Origin: the human T2T-CHM13v2.0 reference genome, Homo sapiens
Reading direction: 5' to 3' (one strand)
Assembly (NCBI RefSeq): GCF_009914755.1
Contig: NC_060925.1
Length of the DNA: 64,000 nucleotides
The notes beneath the pieces were generated by a model, which saw nothing but the letters and a program-made list of their open reading frames with translations, was not told where the DNA came from and searched no databases. This document shows positions 53,201 to 64,000 of this stretch, piece by piece; the stretch's first letter is position 1; every line of letters begins with the position of its first letter. The translations under genes were made by a program, and so were the position numbers.

Positions 53201-56200
53201 GTTTGTAAAGTCTGTAAGTGGATATTCAGACCTCCTTGAGGCCTTCGTTGGAAACGGGATTTCTTCATATTCTGCTAGACAGAAGAATTCTCAGTAACTT
53301 CCTTGTGTTGTGTGTATTCAACTCACAGAGTTGAACGATCCTTTACACAGAGCAGACTTGAAACACTCTTTTTGTGGAATTTGCAAGTGGAGATTTCAGC
53401 CGCTTTGAGGTCAATGGTAGAAAAGGAAATATCTTCGTATAAAGACTAGACAGAATGATTCTCATAAACTCCTTTGTGATGTGTGCGTTCAACTCACAGA
53501 GTTTAACTTTTCTTTTCATAGAGCAGTTAGGAAACACTCTGTTTGTAAAGTCTGCAAGTGGATATTCAGACCTCTTTGAGGCCTTCGTTGGAAACGGGAT
53601 TTCTTCATATTATGCTAGACAGAATAATTCTCAGTAACTTCCTTGTTTTGTGTGTATTCAACTCACAGAGTTGAACGATCCTTTACACAGAGCAGACTTG
53701 AAACATTCTTTTTCTGGAATTTGCAAGTGGAGATTTCAGCCGCTTTGAGGTCAATGGTAGAATAGGAAATATCTTCCTATAGAAACTAGACAGAACGATT
53801 CTCAGAAACTCCTTTGTGATGTGTGCGTTCAACTCACAGAGTTTAACCTTTCTTTTCATAGAGCAGTTAGGAAACACTCTGTTTGTAAAGTCTGCAAGTC
53901 GATATTCAGACCTCTTTGAGGTCTTCTTTGGAAACGGGATTTCTTCCTATTCTGCTAGACAGAAGAATTCCCAGTAACTTCCTTGTGTTGTGTGCATTCA
54001 AGTCACAGAGTTGAACGTTCCCTTAGACAGAGCAGATTTGAAACACTCTATTTGTGCAATCTCCAAGTGTAGATTTCAAGCGCTTTAAGGTCAACGGCAG
54101 AAAAGGAAATATCTTCGTTTCAAAACTAGACAGAATCATTCCCACAAACTGCGTTGTGATGTGTACGTTCAACTCACAGAGTTTAACCTTTCTGTTCATA
54201 GAGCAGTTAGGAAACACTCTGTTTGTAAAGTCTGTAAGTGGATATTCTGACATCTTGTGGCCTTCGTTGGAAACGGGATTTCTTCATATTCTGCTAGACA
54301 GAAGAATTCTCAGTAACTTCCTTGTGTTGTGTGTATTCAACTCACAGAGTTGAACGATCCTTTACACAGAGCAGACTTGAAACACTCTTTTTGTGGAATT
54401 TGCAAGTGGAGATTTCAGCCGCTTTGAGGTCAATGGTAGAAAAGGAAACTATCTTCATATAAAGACTAGACAGAATGATTCTCAGAAAATCTTTTGTGAT
54501 GTGTGCGTTCAACTCACAGAGTTTAACTTTTCTTCTCATAGAGCAGTTAGGAAACACTCTGTTTGTAAAGTCTGCAAGTGGATATTCAGACCTCTTTGAG
54601 GCCTTCGTTGGAAACGGGATTTCTTCATATTCTGCTAGACAGAATAATTCTCAGTAACTTCCTTGTGTTGTGTGTATTCAACTCACAGAGTTGAAGGATC
54701 CTTTACAGAGAGCAGGCTTGAAACACTCTTTTTGTCGAATTTGCAAGTGGAGATTTCAGCCGCTTTGAGGTCAATGGTAGAATAGGAAATATCTTCTTAT
54801 AGAAACTAGACAGAATGATTCTCATAAACTCCTTTGTGATGTGTGCGTTCAACTCACAGAGTTTAACCTTTCTTTTCATAGAGCAGTTAGGAAACACTCT
54901 GTTTGAAAAGTCTGCAAGTGGATATTCAGACCTCCTTGAGGCCTTCGTTGGAAACGGGATTTCTTCATATTCTGCTAGACAGAAGAATTCTCAGTAACTT
55001 CCTTGTGTTGTGTTTATTCAACTCACAGAGTTGAACGATCCTTTACACAGAGCAGACTTGAAACACTCTTTTTGTGGAATTTGCAAGTGGAGATTTCAGC
55101 CGCTTTGAGGTCAATGGTAGAATAGGAAATATCTTCCTATAGAAACTAGACAGAACGATTCTCAGAAACTCCTTTGTGATGTGTGCGTTCAACTCACAGA
55201 GTTTAACCTTTCTTTTCATAGAGCAGTTAGGAAACACTCTGTTTGTAAAGTCTGCAAGTGGATATTCAGACCTCTTTGAGGACTTCGTTGGAAACGGGAT
55301 TTCTCCCTATTCTGCTAGACAGAAGAATTCTCAGTAACTTCCTTGTGTTGTGTGTATTCAACTCACAGAGTTGAACGATCCTTTACACAGAGCAGACTTG
55401 AAACACTCTTTTTGTGGAATTTGCAAGTGGAGATTTCATCCGCTTTGAGGTCAATAGTAGAAAAGGAAATATCTTCGTAGAAAAACTAGACAGAATGATT
55501 CTCAGAAACTCCTTTGTGATGTGTGTGTTCAACTCACAGAGTTTAACCTTTCTTTTCATAGAGCAGTTAGTAAACACTCTGTTTATAAAGTCTGCAAGTG
55601 GATATTCAGAACCCTTTGAGGCCTTCGTTGGAAACGGGATTTCTTCATATTACGCTAGACAGAAGAATTCTCAGTAACTTCCTTGTGTTGTGTGTATTCA
55701 ACTGACAGAGTTGAACTTTCATTTAGAGAGAGCAGATTTGAAACACTGTTTTTGTGGAATTTGCAAGTGGAGATTTCAAGCGCTTTGGGGCCAAAGGCAG
55801 AAAAGGAAATATCTTCGTATAAAAACTAGACAGAATCATTCTCAGAAACTGCTGCGTGATGTGTGCGTTCAACTCTCAGAGTTTAACTTTTCTTTTCATT
55901 CAGCGGTTTGGAAACACTCTGTTTGTAAAGACTGCACGTGGATATTTTGACCACTTAGAGGCCTTCGTTGGAAACGGGTTTTCTTCATGTAAGGCTAGAC
56001 AGAAGAATTCCCAGTAACTTCCTTGTGTTGTGTGCATTCAACTCACAGAGTTGAACGTTCCCTTAGACAGAGCAGATTTGAAACACTCTATTTGTGCAAT
56101 TTGCAAGTGTAGATTTCAAGCGCTTTAAGGTCAATGGCAGAAAAGGAATTTCTTCGTTTCAAAACTAGACAGAATCATTCCCACAAACTGCGTTGTGATG

Positions 56201-59200
56201 TGTTCGTTCAACTCACAGAGTTTAACCTTTCTGTTCATAGAGCAGTTAGGAAACACTCTGTTTGTAAAGTCTGCAAGTGGATATTCAGACCTCCTTGAGG
56301 CCTTCGTTGGAAACGGGATTTCTTCATATTCTGCTAGACAGAAGAATTCTCAGTAACTTCCTTGTGTTGTGTGTATTCAACTCACAGAGTTGAACGATCC
56401 TTCACACAGAGCAGACTTGAAACACTCTTTTTGTGGAATTTGCAAGTGGAGATTTCAGCCGCTTTGAGGTCAATGGTAGAAAAGGAAATATCTTCGTATA
56501 AAGACTAGACAGAATGATTCTCAGAAACTCCTTTGTGATGTGTGCGTTCAACTCACAGAGTTTAACCTTTCTGTTCATAGAGCAGTTAGGAAACACTCTG
56601 TTTGTAAAGTCTGCAAGTGGATATTCAGACCTCTTTGAGGCCTTCGTTGGAAACGGGATTTCTTCATATTCTGCTAGACAGAATAATTCTCAGTAACTTC
56701 CTTGTGTTGTGTGTATTCAACTCACAGAGTTGAACGATCCTTTACACAGAGCAGACTTGAAACATTCTTTTTGTGGAATTTGCAAGTGGAGATTTCAGCC
56801 GCTTTGAGGTCAATGGTAGAATAGGAAATATCTTCCTATAGAAACTAGACAGAACGATTCTCAGAAACTCCTTTGTGATGTGTGCGTTCAACTCACAGAG
56901 TTTAACCTTTCTTTTCATAGAGCAGTTAGGAAACACTCTGTTTGTAAAGTCTGCAAGTGGATATTCAGACCTCTTTGAGGACTTCGTTGGAAACGGGATT
57001 TCTCCCTATTCTGCTAGACAGAAGAATTCTCAGTAACTTCCTTGTGTTGTGTGTATTCAACTCACAGAGTTGAACGATCCTTTACACAGAGCAGACTTGA
57101 AACACTCTTTTTGTGGAATTTGCAAGTGGAGATTTCAGCCGCTTTGAGGTCAATAGTAGAAAAGGAAATATCTTCGTAGAAAAACTAGACAGAATGATTC
57201 TCAGAAACTCCTTTGTGATGTGTGTGTTCAACTCACAGAGTTTAACCTTTCTTTTCATAGAGCAGTTAGTAAACACTCTGTTTATAAAGTCTGCAAGTGG
57301 ATATTCAGACCCCTTTGAGGCCTTCGTTGGAAACGGGATTTCTTCATATTATGCTAGACAGAAGAATTCTCAGTAACTTCCTTGTGTTGTGTGTATTCAA
57401 CTGACAGAGTTGAACTTTCATTTAGAGAGAGCAGATTTGAAACACTGTTTTTGTGGAATGTGCAAGTGGAGATTTCAAGCGCTTTGGGGCCAAAGGCAGA
57501 AAAGGAAATAACTTCGTATAAAAACTAGACAGAATCATTCTCAGAAACTGCTGCGTGATGTGTGCGTTCAACTCTCAGAGTTTAACTTTTCTTTTCATTC
57601 AGCGGTTTGGAAACACTCTGTTTGTAAAGTCTGCACGTGGAAATTTTGACCACTTAGAGGCCTTCGTTGGAAACGGGTTTTTTTCATGTAAGGCTAGACA
57701 GAAGAATTCCCAGTAACTTCCTTGTGTTGTGTGCATTCAACTCACAGAGTTGAACGTTCCCTTAGACAGAGCAGATTTGAAACACTCTATTTGTGCAATT
57801 TGCAAGTGTAGTTTTCAAGCTCTTTATGGTCAACGGCAGAAAAGGAAATATCTTCGTTTCAAAACTAGACAGAATCATTCCCACAAACTGCGTTGTGATG
57901 TGTTCGTTCAACTCACAGAGTTTAACCTTTCTGTTCATAGAGCAGTTAGGAAACACTCTGTTTGTAAAGTCTGTAAGTGGATATTCTGACATCTTGTGGC
58001 CTTCGTTGGAAACGGGATTTCTTCATATTCTGCTAGACAGAAGAATTCTCAGTAACTTCCTTGTGTTGTGTGTATTCAACTCACAGAGTTGAACGATCCT
58101 TTACACAGAGCAGACTTGAAACACTCTTTTTGTGGAATTTGCAAGTGGAGATTTCAGCCGCTTTGAGGTCAATGGTAGAAAAGGAAACTATCTTCATATA
58201 AAGACTAGACAGAATGATTCTCAGAAAATCTTTTGTGATGTGTGCGTTCAACTCACAGAGTTTAACTTTTCTTCTCATAGAGCAGTTAGGAAACACTCTG
58301 TTTGTAAAGTCTGCAAGTGGATATTCAGACCTCTTTGAGGCCTTCGTTGGAAACGGGATTTCTTCATATTCTGCTAGACAGAAGAATTCTCAGTAACTTC
58401 CTTGTGTTGTGTGTATTCAACTCACAGAGTTGAAGGATCCTTTACAGAGAGCAGGCTTGAAACACTCTTTTTGTCGAATTTGCAAGTGGAGATTTCAGCC
58501 GCTTTGAGGTCAATGGTAGAATAGGAAATATTTTCTTATAGAAACTAGACAGAATGATTCTCATAAACTCCTTTGTGATGTGTGCGTTCAACTCACAGAG
58601 TTTAACCTTTCTTTTCATAGAGCAGTTAGGAAACACTCTGTTTGTAAAGTCTGCAAGTGGATATTCAGACCTCCTTGAGGCCTTCGTTGGAAACGGGATT
58701 TCTTCATATTCTGCTAGACAGAAGAATTCTCAGTAACTTCCTTGTGTTGTGTTTATTCAACTCACAGAGTTGAATGATCCTTTACACAGAGCAGACTTGA
58801 AACACTCTTTTTGTGGAATTTGCAAGTGGAGATTTCAGCCGCTTTGAGGTCAATGGTAGAAAAGTAAATATCTTCGTATAAAGACTAGACAGAATGATTC
58901 TCAGAAACTCCTTTGTGATGTGTGCGTTCAACTCACAGAGTTTAACCTTTCTGTTCATAGAGCAGTTAGGAAACACTCTGTTTGTAAAGTCTGCAAGTGG
59001 ATATTCAGACCTCCTTGAGGCCTTCGTTGGAAACGGGATTTCTTCATATTCTGCTAGACAGAAGAATTCTCAGTAACTTCCTTGTGTTGTGTGTATTCAA
59101 CTCACAGAGTTGAACGATCCTTTACACAGAGCAGACTTGAAACACTCTTTTTGTGGAATTTGCAAGAGGAGATTTCAGCCGCTTTGAGGTCAATAGTAGA

Positions 59201-61837
59201 AAAGGAAACATCTTCGTAGAAAAACTAGACAGAATGATTCTCAGAAACTCCTTTGTGATGTGTGTGTTCAACTCACAGAGTTTAACCTTTCTTTTCATAG
59301 AGCAGTTAGTAAACACTCTGTTTATAAAGTCTGCAAGTGGATATTCAGACCCCTTTGAGGCCTTCGTTGGAAACGGGATTTCTTCATATTCTGCTAGACA
59401 GAAGAATTCTCAGTAACTTCCTTGTGTTGTGTGTATTCAACTGACAGAGTTGAACTTTCATTTGGAGAGAGCAGATTTGAAACACTGTTTTTGTGGAATT
59501 TGCAAGTGGAGATTTCAAGCGCTTTGGGGCCAAAGGCAGAAAAGGAAATATCTTCGTATAAAAACTAGACAGAATCATTCTCAGAAACTGCTGCGTGATG
59601 TGTGCGTTCAACTCTCAGAGTTTAACTTTTCTTTTCATTCAGCGGTTTGGAAACACTGTTTGTAAAGTCTGCACGTGGATATTTTGACCACTTAGAGGCC
59701 TTCGTTGGAAACGGGTTTTTTTCATGTAAGGCTAGACAGAAGAATTCCCAGTAACTTCCTTGTGTTGTGTGCATTCAACTCACAGAGTTGAACGTTCCCT
59801 TAGACAGAGCAGATTTGAAACACTCTATTTGTGCAATTTGCAAGTGTAGATTTCAAGCGCTTTAAGGTCAACGGCAGAAAAGGAAATATCTTCGTTTCAA
59901 AACTAGACAGAATCATTCCCACAAACTGCGTTGTGATGTGTTCGTTCAACTCACAGAGTTTAACCTTTCTGTTCATAGAGCAGTTAGGAAACACTCTGTT
60001 TGTAAAGTCTGTAAGTGGATATTCTGACATCTTGTGGCCTTCGTTGGAAACGGGATTTCTTCATATTCTGCTAGACAGAAGAATTCTCAGTAACTTCCTT
60101 GTGTTGTGTGTATTCAACTCACAGAGTTGAACGATCCTTTACACAGAGCAGACTTGAAACACTCTTTTTGTGGAATTTGCAAGTGGAGATTTCAGCCGCT
60201 TTGAGGTCAATGGTAGAAAAGGAAACTATCTTCATATAAAGACTAGACAGAATGATTCTCAGAAAATCTTTTGTGATGTGTGCGTTCAACTCACAGAGTT
60301 TAACTTTTCTTCTCATAGAGCAGTTAGGAAACACTCTGTTTGTAAAGTCTGCAAGTGGATATTCAGACCTCTTTGAGGCCTTCGTTGGAAACGGGATTTC
60401 TTCATATTATGCTAGACAGAATAATTCTCAGTAACTTCCTTGTGTTGTGTGTATTCAACTCACAGAGTTGAAGGATCCTTTACAGAGAGCAGGCTTGAAA
60501 CACTCTTTTTGTCGAATTTGCAAGTGGAGATTTCAGCCGCTTTGAGGTCAATGGTAGAATAGGAAATATCTTCTTATAGAAACTAGACAGAATGATTCTC
60601 ATAAACTCCTTTGTGATGTGTGCGTTCAACTCACAGAGTTTAACCTTTCTTTTCATAGAGCAGTTAGGAAACACTCTGTTTGTAAAGTCTGCAAGTGGAT
60701 ATTCAGACCTCCTTGAGGCCTTCGTTGGAAACGGGATTTCTTCATATTCTGCTAGACAGAAGAATTCTCAGTAACTTCCTTGTGTTGTGTTTATTCAACT
60801 CACAGAGTTGAATGATCCTTTACACAGAGCAGACTTGAAACACTCTTTTTGTGGAATTTGCAAGTGGAGATTTCAGCCGCTTTGAAGTCAATGGTAGAAA
60901 AGTAAATATCTTCGTATAAAGACTAGACAGAATGATTCTCAGAAACTCCTTTGTGATGTGTGCGTTCAACTCACAGAGTTTAACCTTTCTGTTCATAGAG
61001 CAGTTAGGAAACACTCTGTTTGTAAAGTCTGTAAGTGGATATTCAGACCTCCTTGAGGCCTTCGTTGGAAACGGGATTTCTTCATATTCTGCTAGACAGA
61101 AGAATTCTCAGTAACTTCCTTGTGTTGTGTGTATTCAACTCACAGAGTTGAACGATCCTTTACACAGAGCAGACTTGAAACACTCTTTTTGTGGAATTTG
61201 CAAGTGGAGATTTCAGCCGCTTTGAGGTCAATGGTAGAAAAGGAAATATCTTCGTATAAAGACTAGACAGAATGATTCTCATAAACTCCTTTGTGATGTG
61301 TGCGTTCAACTCACAGAGTTTAACTTTTCTTTTCATAGAGCAGTTAGGAAACACTCTGTTTGTAAAGTCTGCAAGTGGATATTCAGACCTCTTTGAGGCC
61401 TTCGTTGGAAACGGGATTTCTTCATATTATGCTAGACAGAATAATTCTCAGTAACTTCCTTGTTTTGTGTGTATTCAACTCACAGAGTTGAACGATACTT
61501 TACACAGAGCAGACTTGAAACATTCTTTTTCTGGAATTTGCAAGTGGAGATTTCAGCCGCTTTGAGGTCAATGGTAGAATAGGAAATATCTTCCTATAGA
61601 AACTAGACAGAACGATTCTCAGAAACTCCTTTGTGATGTGTGCGTTCAACTCACAGAGTTTAACCTTTCTTTTCATAGAGCAGTTAGGAAACACTCTGTT
61701 TGTAAAGTCTGCAAGTCGATATTCAGACCTCTTTGAGGTCTTCTTTGGAAACGGGATTTCTTCCTATTCTGCTAGACAGAAGAATTCCCAGTAACTTCCT
61801 TGTGTTGTGTGCACTCAAGTCACAGAGTTGAACGTTC

Positions 61838-63197
61838 CCTTAGACAGAGCAGATTTGAAACACTCTATTTGTGCAATCTCCAAGTGTAGATTTCAAGCGC
61901 TTTAAGGTCAACGGCAGAAAAGGAAATATCTTCGTTTCAAAACTAGACAGAATCATTCCCACAAACTGCGTTGTGATGTGTACGTTCAACTCACAGAGTT
62001 TAACCTTTCTGTTCATAGAGCAGTTAGGAAACACTCTGTTTGTAAAGTCTGTAAGTGGATATTCTGACATCTTGTGGCCTTCGTTGGAAACGGGATTTCT
62101 TCATATTCTGCTAGACAGAAGAATTCTCAGTAACTTCCTTGTGTTGTGTGTATTCAACTCACAGAGTTGAACGATCCTTTACACAGAGCAGACTTGAAAC
62201 ACTCTTTTTGTGGAATTTGCAAGTGGAGATTTCAGCCGCTTTGAGGTCAATGGTAGAAAAGGAAACTATCTTCATATAAAGACTAGACAGAATGATTCTC
62301 AGAAAATCTTTTGTGATGTGTGCGTTCAACTCACAGAGTTTAACTTTTCTTCTCATAGAGCAGTTAGGAAACACTCTGTTTGTAAAGTCTGCAAGTGGAT
62401 ATTCAGACCTCTTTGAGGCCTTCGTTGGAAACGGGATTTCTTCATATTCTGCTAGACAGAATAATTCTCAGTAACTTCCTTGTGTTGTGTGTATTCAACT
62501 CACAGAATTGAACGATCCTTTACACAGAGCAGACTTGAAACATTCTTTTTGTGGAATTTGCAAGTGGAGATTTCAGCCGCTTTGAGGTCAATGGTAGAAT
62601 AGGAAATATCTTCCTATAGAAACTAGACAGAACGATTCTCAGAAACTCCTTTGTGATGTGTGTGTTCAACTCACAGAGTTTAACCTTTCTTTTCATAGAG
62701 CAGTTAGTAAACACTCTGTTTATAAAGTCTGCAAGTGGATATTCAGACCCCTTTGAGGCCTTCGTTGGAAACGGGATTTCTTCATATTATGCTAGACAGA
62801 AGAATTCTCAGTAACTTCCTTGTGTTGTGTGTATTCAACTGACAGAGTTGAACTTTCATTTAGAGAGAGCAGATTTGAAACACTGTTTTTGTGGAATTTG
62901 CAAGTGGAGATTTCAAGCGCTTTGGGGCCAAAGGCAGAAAAGGAAATAACTTCGTATAAAAACTAGACAGAATCATTCTCAGAAACTGCTGCGTGATGTG
63001 TGCGTTCAACTCTCAGAGTTTAACTTTTCTTTTCATTCAGCGGTTTGGAAACACTCTGTTTGTAAAGTCTGCACGTGGAAATTTTGACCACTTAGAGGCC
63101 TTCGTTGGAAACGGGTTTTTTTCATGTAAGGCTAGACAGAAGAATTCCCAGTAACTTCCTTGTGTTGTGTGCATTCAACTCACAAAGTTGAACGTTC
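61838..63197 (+). repeat. 8-mer HOR variant A-B-D/E-F
   Basis: 1360 bp. D markers (ACATTCTT, CTTCCTATAG, AACGATT) switch to E markers (GTGTGTGTTC, TTAGTAAAC) near 62660. Confidence 0.8.
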
Positions 63198-64000
63198 CCT
63201 TAGACAGAGCAGATTTGAAACACTCTATTTGTGCAATTTGCAAGTGTAGTTTTCAAGCTCTTTATGGTCAACGGCAGAAAAGGAAATATCTTCGTTTCAA
63301 AACTAGACAGAATCATTCCCACAAACTGCGTTGTGATGTGTTCGTTCAACTCACAGAGTTTAACCTTTCTGTTCATAGAGCAGTTAGGAAACACTCTGTT
63401 TGTAAAGTCTGTAAGTGGATATTCTGACATCTTGTGGCCTTCGTTGGAAACGGGATTTCTTCATATTCTGCTAGACAGAAGAATTCTCAGTAACTTCCTT
63501 GTGTTGTGTGTATTCAACTCACAGAGTTGAACGATCCTTTACACAGAGCAGACTTGAAACACTCTTTTTGTGGAATTTGCAAGTGGAGATTTCAGCCGCT
63601 TTGAGGTCAATGGTAGAAAAGGAAACTATCTTCATATAAAGACTAGACAGAATGATTCTCAGAAAATCTTTTGTGATGTGTGCGTTCAACTCACAGAGTT
63701 TAACTTTTCTTCTCATAGAGCAGTTAGGAAACACTCTGTTTGTAAAGTCTGCAAGTGGATATTCAGACCTCTTTGAGGCCTTCGTTGGAAACGGGATTTC
63801 TTCATATTCTGCTAGACAGAAGAATTCTCAGTAACTTCCTTGTGTTGTGTGTATTCAACTCACAGAGTTGAAGGATCCTTTACAGAGAGCAGGCTTGAAA
63901 CACTCTTTTTGTCGAATTTGCAAGTGGAGATTTCAGCCGCTTTGAGGTCAATGGTAGAATAGGAAATATCTTCTTATAGAAACTAGACAGAATGATTCTC

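Larger units (their letters stand above)
1..64000 (+). repeat. Centromeric alpha-satellite HOR array, suprachromosomal family 1 dimeric type, probably D1Z7/D5Z2/D19Z3 (chr1/5/19)
   Basis: Continuous ~340-bp periodicity (~188 dimers) with hallmark alphoid motifs: GAATTCTCAGTAACTTCCTTGTGTTGTGTGTATTCAACTCACAGAGTTGAACGATCCTTTACACAGAGCAGACTTGAAACAC and CTTCGTTGGAAACGGGA. A CENP-B box sits in alternate monomers, and an EcoRI site occurs in most dimers. Alpha-satellite identity is near certain. The array name comes from recalled consensus, and the chromosome cannot be resolved. Confidence 0.97.

Noticed and set aside
3-63834. Hundreds of 60-108 aa ORFs on both strands (MFPNCSM..., MQFASVDF..., MCIQLTEL...)
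   Set aside because: They recur with the 340-bp period, overlap in several frames, mostly use non-ATG starts, are freely broken by indels and resemble no protein family I recognise. They are translation artefacts of satellite DNA.
1-64000. CRISPR-like or other repeat-spacer array
   Set aside because: There are no unique spacers: sequence between conserved motifs is itself repeated, and no cas or other genes are present.
1-64000. Embedded transposon (L1/Alu), inversion or non-satellite island
   Set aside because: Reading through, I found the alphoid phase and CENP-B box orientation unbroken, with no poly-A tail, target-site duplication or foreign sequence. The largest disruption seen is a 29-bp deletion.
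1-64000. Assignment to one chromosome, or to the CENP-A/kinetochore domain
   Set aside because: The chr1, 5 and 19 arrays share this repeat family, and kinetochore position is epigenetic. Neither can be determined without mapping and chromatin data.

Overview
The whole 64-kb window is one uninterrupted, same-orientation tandem array of primate (almost certainly human) centromeric alpha satellite. It is built from ~340-bp dimers of two ~171/169-bp monomers, with a CENP-B box (CTTCGTTGGAAACGGGA) in every second monomer. This is the suprachromosomal family 1 layout, and the sequence resembles the classic 340-bp EcoRI dimer of the D1Z7/D5Z2/D19Z3 array shared by chr1/5/19. The family assignment is from recall, not from a database search. 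I found no genes, transposons or inversions, and the ORF track is a periodic artefact of the repeat. I do not see a new gene system; the interest lies in array architecture. I could type eight dimer classes by eye (A,B,C,G,H,D,E,F) and parse 34 complete higher-order repeat (HOR) units of 8, 10, 12 or 14 monomers plus a partial unit. All but one complete unit follow the order of a latent 16-mer A-B-C-G-H-D-E-F that never occurs intact here. Other observations: an ~8.5-8.8-kb super-repeat at 1-23 kb, a 4080-bp alternation at 23-43 kb, a haplotype switch near 43 kb, a 29-bp microhomology deletion, and ten CENP-B boxes with core substitutions. All typing was manual, so hybrid breakpoints are approximate.
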